A stretch of 64,000 bases of DNA from Eledone cirrhosa (taxonomy: Eukaryota), in contig OZ024746.1 in assembly GCA_964016885.1 (NCBI GenBank), positions 11,966,001 through 12,030,000 of the forward strand, written 5' to 3'. The position numbers were made by a program, and so were the translations under genes. Below are positions 12,501 to 23,711 of this stretch, piece by piece (positions within the stretch are counted from its first letter, which is position 1; every line of letters begins with the position of its first letter). Below the pieces are notes generated by a model. The model saw only the letters and a list, made by a program, of their open reading frames with translations, made no database searches and had not been told where the DNA came from.

Positions 12501-14108
12501 GAGTTGTTGGTGGTGGAGTTGGTGGTGGAGTTGTTGTTGGTGGTGGTGGTGGTGATGGAGTTGTTGTTGGTGGAGTTGTTGTTGGTGGAGTTGTTGGTGG
12601 TGGTGGAGTTGTTGGTGGTGGAGTTGTTGGTGGAGTTGTTGTTGGTGGAGTTGTTGGTGGTGCTGGAGTTGTTGTTGGTGGTGGTGGTGGTGATGGTGGT
12701 GGAGTTGTTGTTGGTGGAGTTGTTGTTGTTGGAGTTGTTGGTGGTGGTGGAGTTGTTGGTGGTGGAGTTGTTGGTGGTGGAGTTGTTGTTGGTGGAGTTG
12801 TTGGTGGTGGCGGAGTTGTTGTTGGTGGTGGAGTTGTTGTTGGTGGTGGTGGAGTTGGTGGTGGAGTTGTTGTTGGTGGAGTTGTTGTTGGTGGAGTTGT
12901 TGGTGGTGGTGGAGTTGTTGGTGGTGGAGTTGTTGTTGGTGGAGTTGTTGGTGGTGGTGGAGTTGTTGGTGGTGGAGTTGTTGTTGGTGGAGTTGTTGTT
13001 GGTGGTGGAGTTGTTGTTGGTGGAGTTGTTGTTGGTGGAGTTGTTGGTGGTGGAGTTGTTGTTGGTGGAGTTGTTGTTGGTTGTGGAGTTGTTGGTGGTG
13101 GAGTTGTTGGTGGTGGTGGAGTTGTTGGTGGTGGAGTTGTTGTTGGTGGAGTTGTTGGTGGTGGTGGAGTTGTTGGTGGTGGAGTTGTTGTTGGTGGAGT
13201 TGTTGTTGGTGGTGGAGTTGTTGTTGGTGGAGTTGTTGTTGGTGGAGTTGTTGTTGGTGGAGTTGTTGTTGGTGGAGTTGTTGTTGGTTGTGGAGTTGTT
13301 GGTGGTGGAGTTGTTGGTGGTGGTGGAGTTGTTGGTGGTAGTGGAGTTGTTGTTGGTGGAGTTGTTGTTGGTGGAGTTGTTGGTGGTGGTGGAGTTGTTG
13401 GTGGTGGAGTTGTTGTTGGTGGAGTTGTTGGTGGTGGTGGAGTTGTTGGTGGTGGAGTTGTTGTTGGTGGAGTTGTTGGTGGTGGTGGAGTTGTTGGTGG
13501 TGGTGGAGTTGTTGGTGGTGGTGGAGTTGTTGTTGGTGGAGTTGTTGTTGGTGGAGTTGTTGGTGGTGGTGGAGTTGTTGGTGGTGGAGTTGTTGGTGGT
13601 GGTGGTGGAGTTGTTGTTGGTGGTGGAGTTGTTGTTGGTGGAGTTGGTGGTGGAGTTGTTGTTGTTGGTGGTGGTGGAGTTGTTGTTGGTGGTGGAGTTG
13701 TTGGTGGTGGTGGAGTTGTTGGTGGTGGAGTTGTTGGTGGTGGAGTTGTTGGTGGTGGAGTTGTTGGTGGTGGAGTTGTTGGTGGTGGAGTTGGTGGTGG
13801 TGGTGGTGGTGGTGGTGGAGTTGGTGGTGGTGGTGGTGGTGGTGGAGTTGGTGGTGGAGTTGGTGGTGGAGTTGTTGGTGGTGGAGTTGGTGGTGGTGGA
13901 GTTGGTGGTGGTGGTGGTGGTGGAGTTGGTGGTGGTGGTGGAGTTGGTGGTGGAGTTGTTGGTGGTGGAGTTGGTGGTGGTGGAGTTGGTGGTGGTGGTG
14001 GAGTTGGTGGTGGTGGTGGAGTTGGTGGTGGAGTTGTTGGTGGTGGAGTTGGTGGTGGAGTTGGTGGTGGTGGAGTTGGTGGTGGTGGAGTTGGTGGTGG
14101 TGGAGGTG
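9600..14108. repeat. 4.5-kb compound trinucleotide array GAG(TTG)n(GTG)m
   Basis: Almost C-free plus strand built from GAG, TTG and GTG triplets. Gives very long ORFs on both strands. Confidence 0.95.
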
Positions 14109-14378
14109 CATAACTTGAAGATAATGATGCTGTAAAACACCGTAATGATAATGCAATTGTCTATAACAACAACAATAATAATAATAATTTCTTTTTATTT
14201 TATTTATTTCTTAAATAATAATTGTTTCTACTTTAGGCACAAGGCTAGCAATTACCCATTGTATTACTGGTACTTTATTTTATTGACCCAGTACGGATGA
14301 AAGGCAAAGTCAACCGCGGGGGTATTATTAATAATAATAGTAAAAATGATAATAATAATAATAATGATGATGATAATA

Positions 14379-14760
14379 ATACTTTCTTTATTAACCACAA
14401 GGGTTTACATAAAGTAGACATTAAGGACAGTACAGGACAATACAGGACGGTACAAATGGGCATTTCTGCATGTAAAAAAACAAAAACAGAGGATGTAATA
14501 AAAGAACAATGAAAAATTCCCCAATAGGGGGAGACTTCCGAGGGCCATCATGGAGAAAGCCCATTAAAAAAGCCACGGTGACCCTGACCACCAGGGCAAT
14601 TGTCCTCTCCCAGTTTTCCACCTTCAATTTACAGGCATATACTCAGAGTAGGTCCACTCACTCGGGCCATGCTTGCCTCTCTCACCCATCTTTCAACAAA
14701 AAGCTGGGAAGAGAGCACCTCCCTCTCTACCCTGATTTTCCTTTTCAAATGAAATTGGAA
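14379..14760 (-). mobile_element. 5'-truncated Tx1-like LINE 3' end
   Basis: Minus strand encodes FHLKRKIRVEREVLSSQLFVERWVREASMARV...ICL*, an FxxxW C-terminus typical of L1/Tx1 ORF2. It is followed by a T-rich UTR and AATAAA, then abuts an (ATT)n tract. Confidence 0.55.
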
Positions 14761-15261
14761 ATAATGACAACGATAATCTTTTTGATCAATACTATTTAAT
14801 CAATAGATTTTCTTTCCTTTAACTTGGGTTGTTTGGAAGTTGCAGTTGGACATGCAGAAAAAATATTAACATATCTCAAATAGAATTATTTTGTTATTGT
14901 TGTTGTTGTATCACAATATGTTCTGTTATCTGTTAACAATGTGATGCAGGCATGCAGCTGCATGCAAAACATGCATAGATTGCCTGCAACGACTCAGCTC
15001 AAATACTGCTTTACACGCCTTAAACAGTTTATTCAGACTGTCCGTATGTTTTGTATTGCAGGTCCATAGTGCTTGCGGGGCTACAACGCAGTGACATAGA
15101 ATTGGAGGGGTGGAGGATATTAAATATCATGGAAGGTGTTGTGTGTGTGTGTGGAGAGAGAGAGAGAGAGAGAGGGAGAGAGAGTGCATGAAAGACCTCT
15201 TTTAAAATTATGAGTGAACCTCAATACCTGATAGAGAACAGTGGATATTGTCGAACCAGCA

Positions 15262-15430
15262 TTATGTAGAGAGAAAGAGAGAGAGATAGGACATAATGTA
15301 GAGAGAGAGGGAGAGATAGGACATAATGTAGAGAGAGAGGGAGAGATAGGACATAATGAAGAGAGAAAGAGAGATATGACATAATGAAGAGAGAGAGATA
15401 GGACATAATGAAGAGAGAGAGAGAGATAAT

Positions 15431-15470
<40 letters not shown>

Positions 15471-15490
15471 GACATAATGTAGAGAGAAAG
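15262..15490. repeat. ~30-bp GA-rich minisatellite
   Basis: Repeated ggacataatg(t/a)agagagag units. Confidence 0.85.
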
Positions 15491-15547
15491 AAAGTAGTTT
15501 TGGCTTGTGTCACAAACTGAAACTGCTTGGCACCGTGGTCAGGATTC

Positions 15548-15589
<42 letters not shown>

Positions 15590-15657
15590 TAGCTAGTAAA
15601 AGAATATTGAGAAATATAAAGATAAGGATTGAAAAACATACTTAGTAAATGAAAAGT

Positions 15658-15703
<46 letters not shown>

Positions 15704-16380
15704 TAAAGAGACTGCAAGTAAATATTTTTATTTCTAAAACAATGACAAAATCCTTAGCTAGAAGCAAATCTCTTTAAAACCCCCTTTGAATAATAAAGCA
15801 GAGGAGAAAAAATGTTAAGAAAAAGGAGGAATCTAAAGAAATGATCCAAAATTATCTGTTGATTTCCTAGAAAATCTCCCCCTCCCTCTGTCTTCCTTCC
15901 TCTCTCTGTCTCTGTATATCTCTTTCTCTCCCTCTTTCCATCTTTGTCTATTTTCTCACTTTCTGTCACTCCTGCAACCCTTCTAACATACACTTAAAAC
16001 TACAATTGCTCCCTAATAAACCCCTAAGATCTACAGCTTATAGATAAAGAAAGGAGGGAAAAAGCATGTGCCTAACATTGATTATTTCCCACAGAAAATG
16101 TGAAGGGACTATGTTGCTGATGCTGTATTGCAACAGTCTTGTCAATGCAATAGAAATAAATCTAAACAGCTACAGAATCCCTAAAATTCAGCGTTCGTAG
16201 CAGAAATATAGCCGAGCAGTTTAACATTATTTCATGAGATTTGCATAACGTTTACATATTTTTTTAAATTTAATTATATTTCTTTTTTTTAAATGCCCCG
16301 ACATTTTCATCTGATCTTACATCTATATTTCTTATATTAATCATTAAATATTACTACAATTGCTATTGTTACTACTACTA

Positions 16381-17045
16381 ATAATAATTGCTTCTACTTT
16401 TGGCACAAGGCCAGCAATTACCCCAGTGCATTACTGGTACTTTATTTTATCGACCCCGTAAGGATGAAAGACAAAGTTAACTGTTTCTACTTTAGGCACA
16501 AGGCCAGCAATTACCCAGTACATTACTGGTACTTTATTTTATCGACCCCGTAAGGATGAAAGACAAAGTTAACCTCGGCGGGATTTGAACTCAGACCATA
16601 AAGGGCCGTAACTCTTTGCTGCAAAGCATGGTGTCCGACCCTCTCCCGATACTGCCAATCCACCGCCCTAACATGGTGTCCGACCCTCTCCCGATACTGC
16701 CAATCCACCGCCCTAACATGGTGTCCGACCCTCTCCCGATACTGCCAATCCACTGCCCGATCTACTACTGCTACTAATAATAATTATTTCTACTTTTGGC
16801 ACAAGACCAGCAATTATCCCAGTGTATTACTGGTACTTTATTTCATCGACCCCCGTAAGGATGAAAGGCAAAGTTAACCTCGGCGGGATTTAATAATAAT
16901 GGTTTCTGATTTGGGCACATGGCCAACAATTTGGGGGAAAGGGAAAGTCAATTAAATCAATCCCTGTGCATTACTGGTACTTTATTTTATCAACCCTATA
17001 AGGATGAAAGGCAAAGCTAACCTTGGTGGGATTTGAACTCAAAAG
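16381..17045 (-). mobile_element. Cluster of family-A SINE copies with a triplicated 45-bp head
   Basis: Four partial or full copies of actggtactttattttatcgacccc. The segment catggtgtccgaccctctcccgatactgccaatccac occurs three times at ~16627-16760. Confidence 0.85.
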
Positions 17046-17294
17046 ATAGCATGGGAGAGAACAAAGGAGACACACAAAATAACAAATTAGTCACTGAGGT
17101 GGTCACAGAATGTGTGATGAAAGAACTTTGATAAACAACTATCTGGAAGTTTATCAATTGGAAGTTTATAATAAATTGAAGTGAAAACCAACAGGTGCAT
17201 GTGTTTATTGGCAGCATGACCCTCCCAAAGTATAACAATATCTGTTTCAATACATGTTTTCAGATAAGAAATCTTGTAAAACAAATACAAAACG

Positions 17295-17346
<52 letters not shown>

Positions 17347-18214
17347 ACCTTAAATGTGCTTAGGGCCTCAAAAGGACTTGATCTGGCTGTGAACAAATAA
17401 CTTTGTAGCTTTAGGTTTGTGAGCTTTGGTTGTGTGAAGAGTTTGGAGGGCTGTCTAGGATAGTTCTCCTTCAGCTTACTTAAAGTCAAGAGGCTAAGTT
17501 ATTTAGCCCCAGGTCAGACCTGTTAAAATAAAGCTTTGATCAAAGGTAATCCAGCTATGATTATCCCACTTTTTATTTTCAGACTATTCCTATATTTTGA
17601 AAGACAATAGAAATTTGACTGCTATTTCTAGTAGGTTCGATGACTGTCTACAAGCTCCCTTGTGGATGAGTAAGTCTTCCATCTGGTAATGGGTGGTTCA
17701 GTAAGAGATAAGAATGCTAAACAACAGATAAAATTCTTTATTAGTATGTTGTTGTTTAGCTGCAGGTCAGACATGTTTTAGCAGATCTATGACCAAAAGA
17801 GTTCCTGCTGTGACTATTACATCTTTTCTATAACAGTGTTGGTGTTAGGTACAATTTATTTAATCCAATCTCCTTAAGCTGAGTTTACTTCATATGAGTA
17901 AATATGAATCTTTCTGTTTAACACCTTCAGTAGTAATACTGCAAACTAATCTGATGTTACCAACATCATTTTTCACAGCCACAGTTATTCTTCTATAAAC
18001 TACAACCATGAAACAAAAATATACTGGTTAAAAGTTGTATATTTATTGATAGTTGAGCTGTGTTAAGTTGTCACTACCAGCCTTAGATTCAATGGAACTG
18101 AAGCAGTTCTTCATAAATATTGTTACTTCTCTCAAGTGAGAAACCCTAATCTCTAGCAGATAATTTGCACTTATGTTGTACACATTATACTGAAAACATG
18201 TTACACTTTATTTT

Positions 18215-18515
18215 ATATACACATATACATACCACATCCGAACGCAAAAGAACCAAACGCCTACTGTCACCACCTCCGTCTCTCCATCTTTCACTATTTT
18301 GAGCGAATGGGGGACCACATGTTGGCCGCGGCAAACAGGAGGTGTTTCACCGAAGGATGGTGAGGGACACATACTAGAAGAGCCATTCCAACTCGCAAGG
18401 CTCACACCTGCAGGAAGCCAACTCTGTGCCGAGCAGAGGTGGCCCTAGGGCCAAGGACACCAGAAGTTTCCACTGCCACGGGCTTGACCACAAACCTGTC
18501 CGAGAGCGGCCAACA
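18215..18515 (-). mobile_element. CRE-like (RLE) non-LTR retrotransposon 3' remnant
   Basis: Minus strand reads LSDRFVVKPVAVETSGVLGP...ELEWLF. Alignable by eye to 27235-27400. Confidence 0.65.
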
Positions 18516-19709
18516 TTATATTTGTGTATAAATTCTTTGCTCCACCATTTACTTTTCCTTAACTAATTGAACACTCAACTAAATTGTACACCAGTCTGAG
18601 AACATTGTGTAACTTTGAAATGTTACTCCAAGTATATATAGTACCTTAGACAAGGGAATACCTCCTTACCTACATATCTTTTTAATAGGAAGGAGCACAC
18701 GAGAGGGACTACATAGTCATTTGATTTGCTAGAAATAGCAATTAAATCTCCCTCAAACGAGGAAATCTCTTGCGTCTGCTATTATAATTCCATTCACACA
18801 CAGGAAGCACTATAGGAATATAAAACAACTTTAGTACTAGGCTGGTATTTTATTTTATTGATCCTCACGGCCCTGAAGGATGAACGGCAAAGTTGACCTC
18901 AGCGGCAGCATTTGAACCGAGAACATATAAGATACCTCAAGCATTTTGTCTGACACTTTAACAACATATCCACAAAGCTGATTAAAGTCAATCAGATAAG
19001 CTTCATGTTATTTTTTTAAAATAAATAAAGAGATAAATAATAAGTAAATAGAGAGATAAAAGACAAATTGAAACAGATAAACAAATTAATGAATAGATAT
19101 ATAACAATTAACAGATAGACAACAAAACACGAGGAAAAACAAATATAATTATTAATAGGTAGATAACAAGACACCAAGAAAAATAATAAATAAATGAGTG
19201 AATAGAAGAAAAGAAATAATTAAAATAAAACTACATGTTAAAAAATAACAACAAACTTTGCACTGTCTGCCTTCATTATTCCGTCTGAGTGGTAGGATCA
19301 ATATTATGGATAACAATGAAGCTAATGCAGTGAGGTGGCTCAACAGAGACAACGTTAACAGCAGTATTAACAAACAACAACAACGATATTCACGGACATG
19401 GAACTTTTCATTTCTCATTTGGTTTACAAATTATAGACGGCCATTTAATTTAATAACAAAAAGAAAAAAATAGATTGAGAAGAAAGAATGGAGTGTAAAA
19501 TAAGAAAATATAAAAAAAGGAAAAGCAAGGGCTCTCGTGTCACAGAAGAATGAGGAGGGTGATGGACTCTGGGCCTAGGGCGCGGCGGTATTGGAGCTGC
19601 GCCCCGCGGACAAGGCTGTAAAAGTATTCCCGCAGACAATGGCCAGCGACACCAGCTATCCTCTATACACGTGACAAACAGCGCGGCTATATTCCCTCAA
19701 ATCACATCC

Positions 19710-19850
19710 TAGAGCAACCTTTTTCGAGCAGTGTGTCCTCATAAGATGTGGTTCATCATAAGGCTGGCCGAACTATTAATAAATTCAAAGCAATTTTGAA
19801 ATTAGGTGGGCCATTCAGAAAACCAAACGGGCCGCAGTTTGCTCATGACT
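19710..19850. mobile_element. Degenerate hAT-type MITE (same family as 39887-40051)
   Basis: Shares ttttcgagcagtg...tcatcataaggc...ttttgaaattaggtg...cattcagaa with the 39887 copy. Confidence 0.6.
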
Positions 19851-19959
19851 CTCAGATTTGTTTTAAAAAAAGAAAGAAATAACACATATTGGCGTAGCCA
19901 GGATTTCGACAGCGTAGAGCGTTGCTTCTTAAAAAAAAAATTGGATCTAACTTTAATCG

Positions 19960-20431
19960 TCTAAATTGCGAAAAACAAAATTTAAATACATGTTAGATAC
20001 TGATTTTATTTGCATGAAAAATTGAATATGCGTACAAGATTTTTTTGTTTTATTTGACAAGTCTTTTTTAACTAATTCCACAAAAGTCGTTCGTCTGGGA
20101 CGCAACGAAGCAAACTTAATGAGTGTGAATCAATTCGATGAAAACGAATCGTGACCCATGGATGATCTTACATTATGTATGAAATCGTCTGAAGGAGCGT
20201 TCACATCCACATGATGTGTCTGGAAGTAGGATCGGATTAAGTTCTTTTAAAGCTCTAAGCACTTAAAAGATTATGACTACCCTAAAGTCTGGAAAAAAAT
20301 TCTTCATGGAATGACAAGTACATCTAATTTTTTGAATAACATTTATTATATGAAAAAGAAACAAAATATTTACAATAAATTCATCATATTCATTTTTTTC
20401 CACGGAAACATTTTTTTTATAGCCATCTGTA
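19960..20431 (-). mobile_element. Probable hAT transposase C-terminal remnant
   Basis: Minus strand contains TSCGCERSF, resembling the hAT dimerisation motif (TSxxCERxFS). Heavily decayed. Confidence 0.35.
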
Positions 20432-21089
20432 TTTGTATATATTAATTTCTGTATTTGTATTTGTATACATTAATTTGTATTTGTATACATTAATTTCTCT
20501 ATTTTTATATATATTTGTAGTAAGGCTGCTTGGATGCGTCCATCGGCGGTATGTCAGTTGAGCACTCAATGCACCTTCGGAGCAGAGTATAATAATATGG
20601 AAAACGAAGAATCAGTGATGCATCGGAACACATTTATAATTTATTTATGTTCACACACGGAACAAAAGCGCTACCTAAGGTTTCAAGGCTCAATATTGAC
20701 CATATATCCAGAATGAGAGAGGGATCGAAATCACGACCTATCTTCAGGCGCTTATACAATTTTACAAGATACCGTTAAAAGTAATGCATGCTAAAAATGC
20801 TACTTTACGAAAAACGTATTATAACAAAAGGAAATAACTCCAAGATGTAAATTTGAAAAGCGAGATCATACGCATGTTAGTATTGTATTATATGTAATAT
20901 AGAGATAGATAGATGGTAATATTTATTAAAGTATGGAGTAGACTAGTATAGAAAGTTTACATCGAGGAAATTTGCATTAGTAAGATTTATATCAACTGTA
21001 ATTTTAAGTCCTAGTACACGAAAGGTGTCAATTAAATTTTTACCGAATCTGTCCAGAGTCTGTCCATTACAATCATGTGAAAACGAAAA

Positions 21090-21405
21090 ACCATCGCCAC
21101 GCTAAAGACCAAAGGAGTGGTTTGGGAATGTAGACTTTAGTGTATGAAGAATGTATAAGCCGATAAGATTACAAGCATCAGCACTGTCATAAGACCACAT
21201 AGAGACGTCAAAAGAATTATCAAGGTCAGACGCTGGCTGAGAAACACGAGCTTCGCTGACAACGCAGAGTTTCCTCATCAGTATTCTCAAAGTCCCAATG
21301 TTACCATTCTGACAAATTGGATTTGCTGGTACCACCGCAAACTCAGCAGGGACGCCTGTTACTGTACGCAACTCTGTTATTATTATTTTTTTTGGCAAAC
21401 TTCCA
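21090..21405 (+). mobile_element. Gypsy (CsRn1-like) gag remnant
   Basis: RPKEWFGNV near 21105 and ICWYHRKLSRDACYCTQLC at 21321-21377, which is a Cx2Hx9Cx3C (CHCC) knuckle. Confidence 0.6.
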
Positions 21406-21609
21406 CTCCTCCTCTGGAAAATGATGCGAGTAAGGATGAACGGTGGTGATTGAAACCTAGTTGCCTTTTTTCATAAGCAACTTATCCACTGGTACTCATT
21501 TTCTTGGGGATTTTGAAGCAAAGGCGAAATTCTTGTATTTTACTTCATTGTGTGATCAGTTCGCTTATCTGTTCATTCTGCTTATTACTGGTGCTACCTT
21601 AGTCTAGGA

Positions 21610-21761
21610 TAATGTTTCCCAAACCTTTTCAAACGCGGAACTCTTTTTGGTTCAGAAACTTTTGGCGGAATCCCAGTCTAATACTGTTATATGGTCGTAA
21701 TATAAATATACTCCTCTACTTTTTTCACGGAACTTCTGACACTCCTTTCTGGGAACCACTG
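21610..21761. mobile_element. hAT/Charlie-like MITE
   Basis: Termini taatgtttcccaaa and tctgggaaccactg; 8-bp flanks gtctagga / ctctaggc (NTCTAGNN-type TSD). Confidence 0.6.
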
Positions 21762-22481
21762 CTCTAGGCTAATATTTCCTGGATCTACACGTGAGAAACG
21801 TTGCCAAGAGCTTAATGTTAGTTAATCAATGTTATTTATGCTCACAACCCCCCCCCCCCCCACACACACACACCGCCTACAGTTCTAGCTTTGTTGATCA
21901 GTGACTGATCTTTGCAGCATCCATCTCGTTCTTCTGGAAATATTCTGGATGTGCGATTATCCTCTGCGAGATATTAAAGTTGCAGAAAGGCATGGTATGA
22001 TATGATACCATATGCATGGTATGATACCATATGCATATACACACACGTGAAAAGAAACCACACTATTGCGTGTGAGACACTATACCGGCCAATTTTACCA
22101 ATTTACATTGGTAAAATATTTCTTAACATTGACTTCGCTTCTAACTCACATACACCTTTTAATTATATATATATACTAGCAGCTGAAAGTTAATAATTTG
22201 AAAAAAAAATATTATTGAAAGTTTGCTATAAAGAAGCAGTATCAGGGGGAAAAAACAAAACAAAAAAAAAACGTTATTCGCTGTTAATAAACAACTGCCT
22301 TCTACAGTACGTTTCATTTAACTCACGCAGCATATTTATTTGTTTACATGCACAGACTCTTCTACACACACACAACATTTAGGAAAACGGAAACAAAATA
22401 CACAAAAAAAACAGACATTTTATTTCTATCGTAATCAAGTGTGCTAAACCTATATTGTTTACATTCTGTGTTTTTCTACGG

Positions 22482-23711
22482 ATGGGTAGAAATAACAAAA
22501 TTGCCATGGTGATATCCATCGATGAAATTTGCGACAAAACTGGTCGATGTCCAAAAATAGAATATTGCCCGGAAGATCACACCTGCCATATCTGTACGGA
22601 ACCCGAAAACTCGTTCCGTAATCGCTGGGTCGAATGTGGAACCTGTCGCATCTCTGTCTGCCTTCAATGCGCCACAGGCTTCCGGAAGATCCCAGGCCAA
22701 AATAAGAAACATCACATTGCTACGATGGATAGACTCTGGGAGATGGTCCAGCTAACAAACTGGTCCTTTCAGTGCCTGGACTGTATGCCTGCTTCTCCCA
22801 TTGCTGCGGAACAACAACAAAGACCGAAGATCGTGTCTTCTACCATTGTTCCTGAACAACAACAACAAAAACCGAGGATCGTGTCTTCCTCTACCATTGT
22901 CGCTGAACAACAGCAAAAACCAACGACCGTAGCTTCTGCTACTACCCCCGTTGAAGGACTTCATCAACAACAGCAACCCATGTCTTCCTCACCCGTTACT
23001 TTTCAACAACAACAACCGACGACTGTGTCTTCTACCATGCCTGTTGAAGGAGAAGAACAACAACACAAACCGACCGTCAATACGGAGTTTGAGGAAATAC
23101 GGCAAATGATTTCCGCTTTAAGTCAAGAAATAGCGGAAATAAAATCAAGCGTTCGTGTAGAACCCCACAATGAGGGATCTTACCGGAGTGCCTTGTTAAA
23201 AAATCTCCGCGTACCTCATGTTGAACCTAGACGCATTGAGAATGCCACTGAATCTGCAAACCACGAAGTGATTGCCATTGGTGTGCCGGAAGACATAGTT
23301 GATCTTCAGGCATTTGCTGCCAGTTCATCCAAAGACCTGGGCTGTGCTCCCGCAAAGGGTGCCCTATGCCTTGGCCGACCAGGCCTGAAACCCAGGTTAA
23401 TTAGACTGTCGTTTTCAAACTCGGCTGAGGCACGTTGATACCTTGTAGCCTCTGATAAAGCTAGGCGTGAAAGTCGGATTGCTTTCCGAACACGTCCTGG
23501 TCTTCCACCTGATGTCCGCCCAAAGTTGCGTGCTGCAGCTTCCCTAAACCGCAGCTCGGCAGAACATGAAAGCTTCAGCCTACGAGATGATGGGCAGATA
23601 TGGAAGTTTGTTAAGGCTGGCGAATCATGGAAAAGAGACACCAGCTGGTCTGAAAACACTGTACCCACAACAACTGACAATAAAGAAACTGAAAAAACTC
23701 TGGGAAACTAA
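22482..23711 (+). pseudogene. CR1 ORF1 (PHD-like finger, Q-rich repeats, coiled coil, RRM-like region) with premature TGA at 23436-23438
   Basis: CHIC...WVECGTCRISVCLQC...FQCLDC; EFEEIRQMISALSQEIAEIK; VIAIGVPE...PRLIRLSF. Track ORFs 22455-23438 and 23526-23711 are in the same frame with no other stop. Confidence 0.8.

Noticed and set aside
8790-14156. Giant ORFs (1788, 1535, 1410 and 984 aa) resembling His/Gln-rich, mucin-like or Gly-rich proteins
   Set aside because: They are open on both strands in several frames because the triplet repeat lacks stops. There is no unique domain or splice context.
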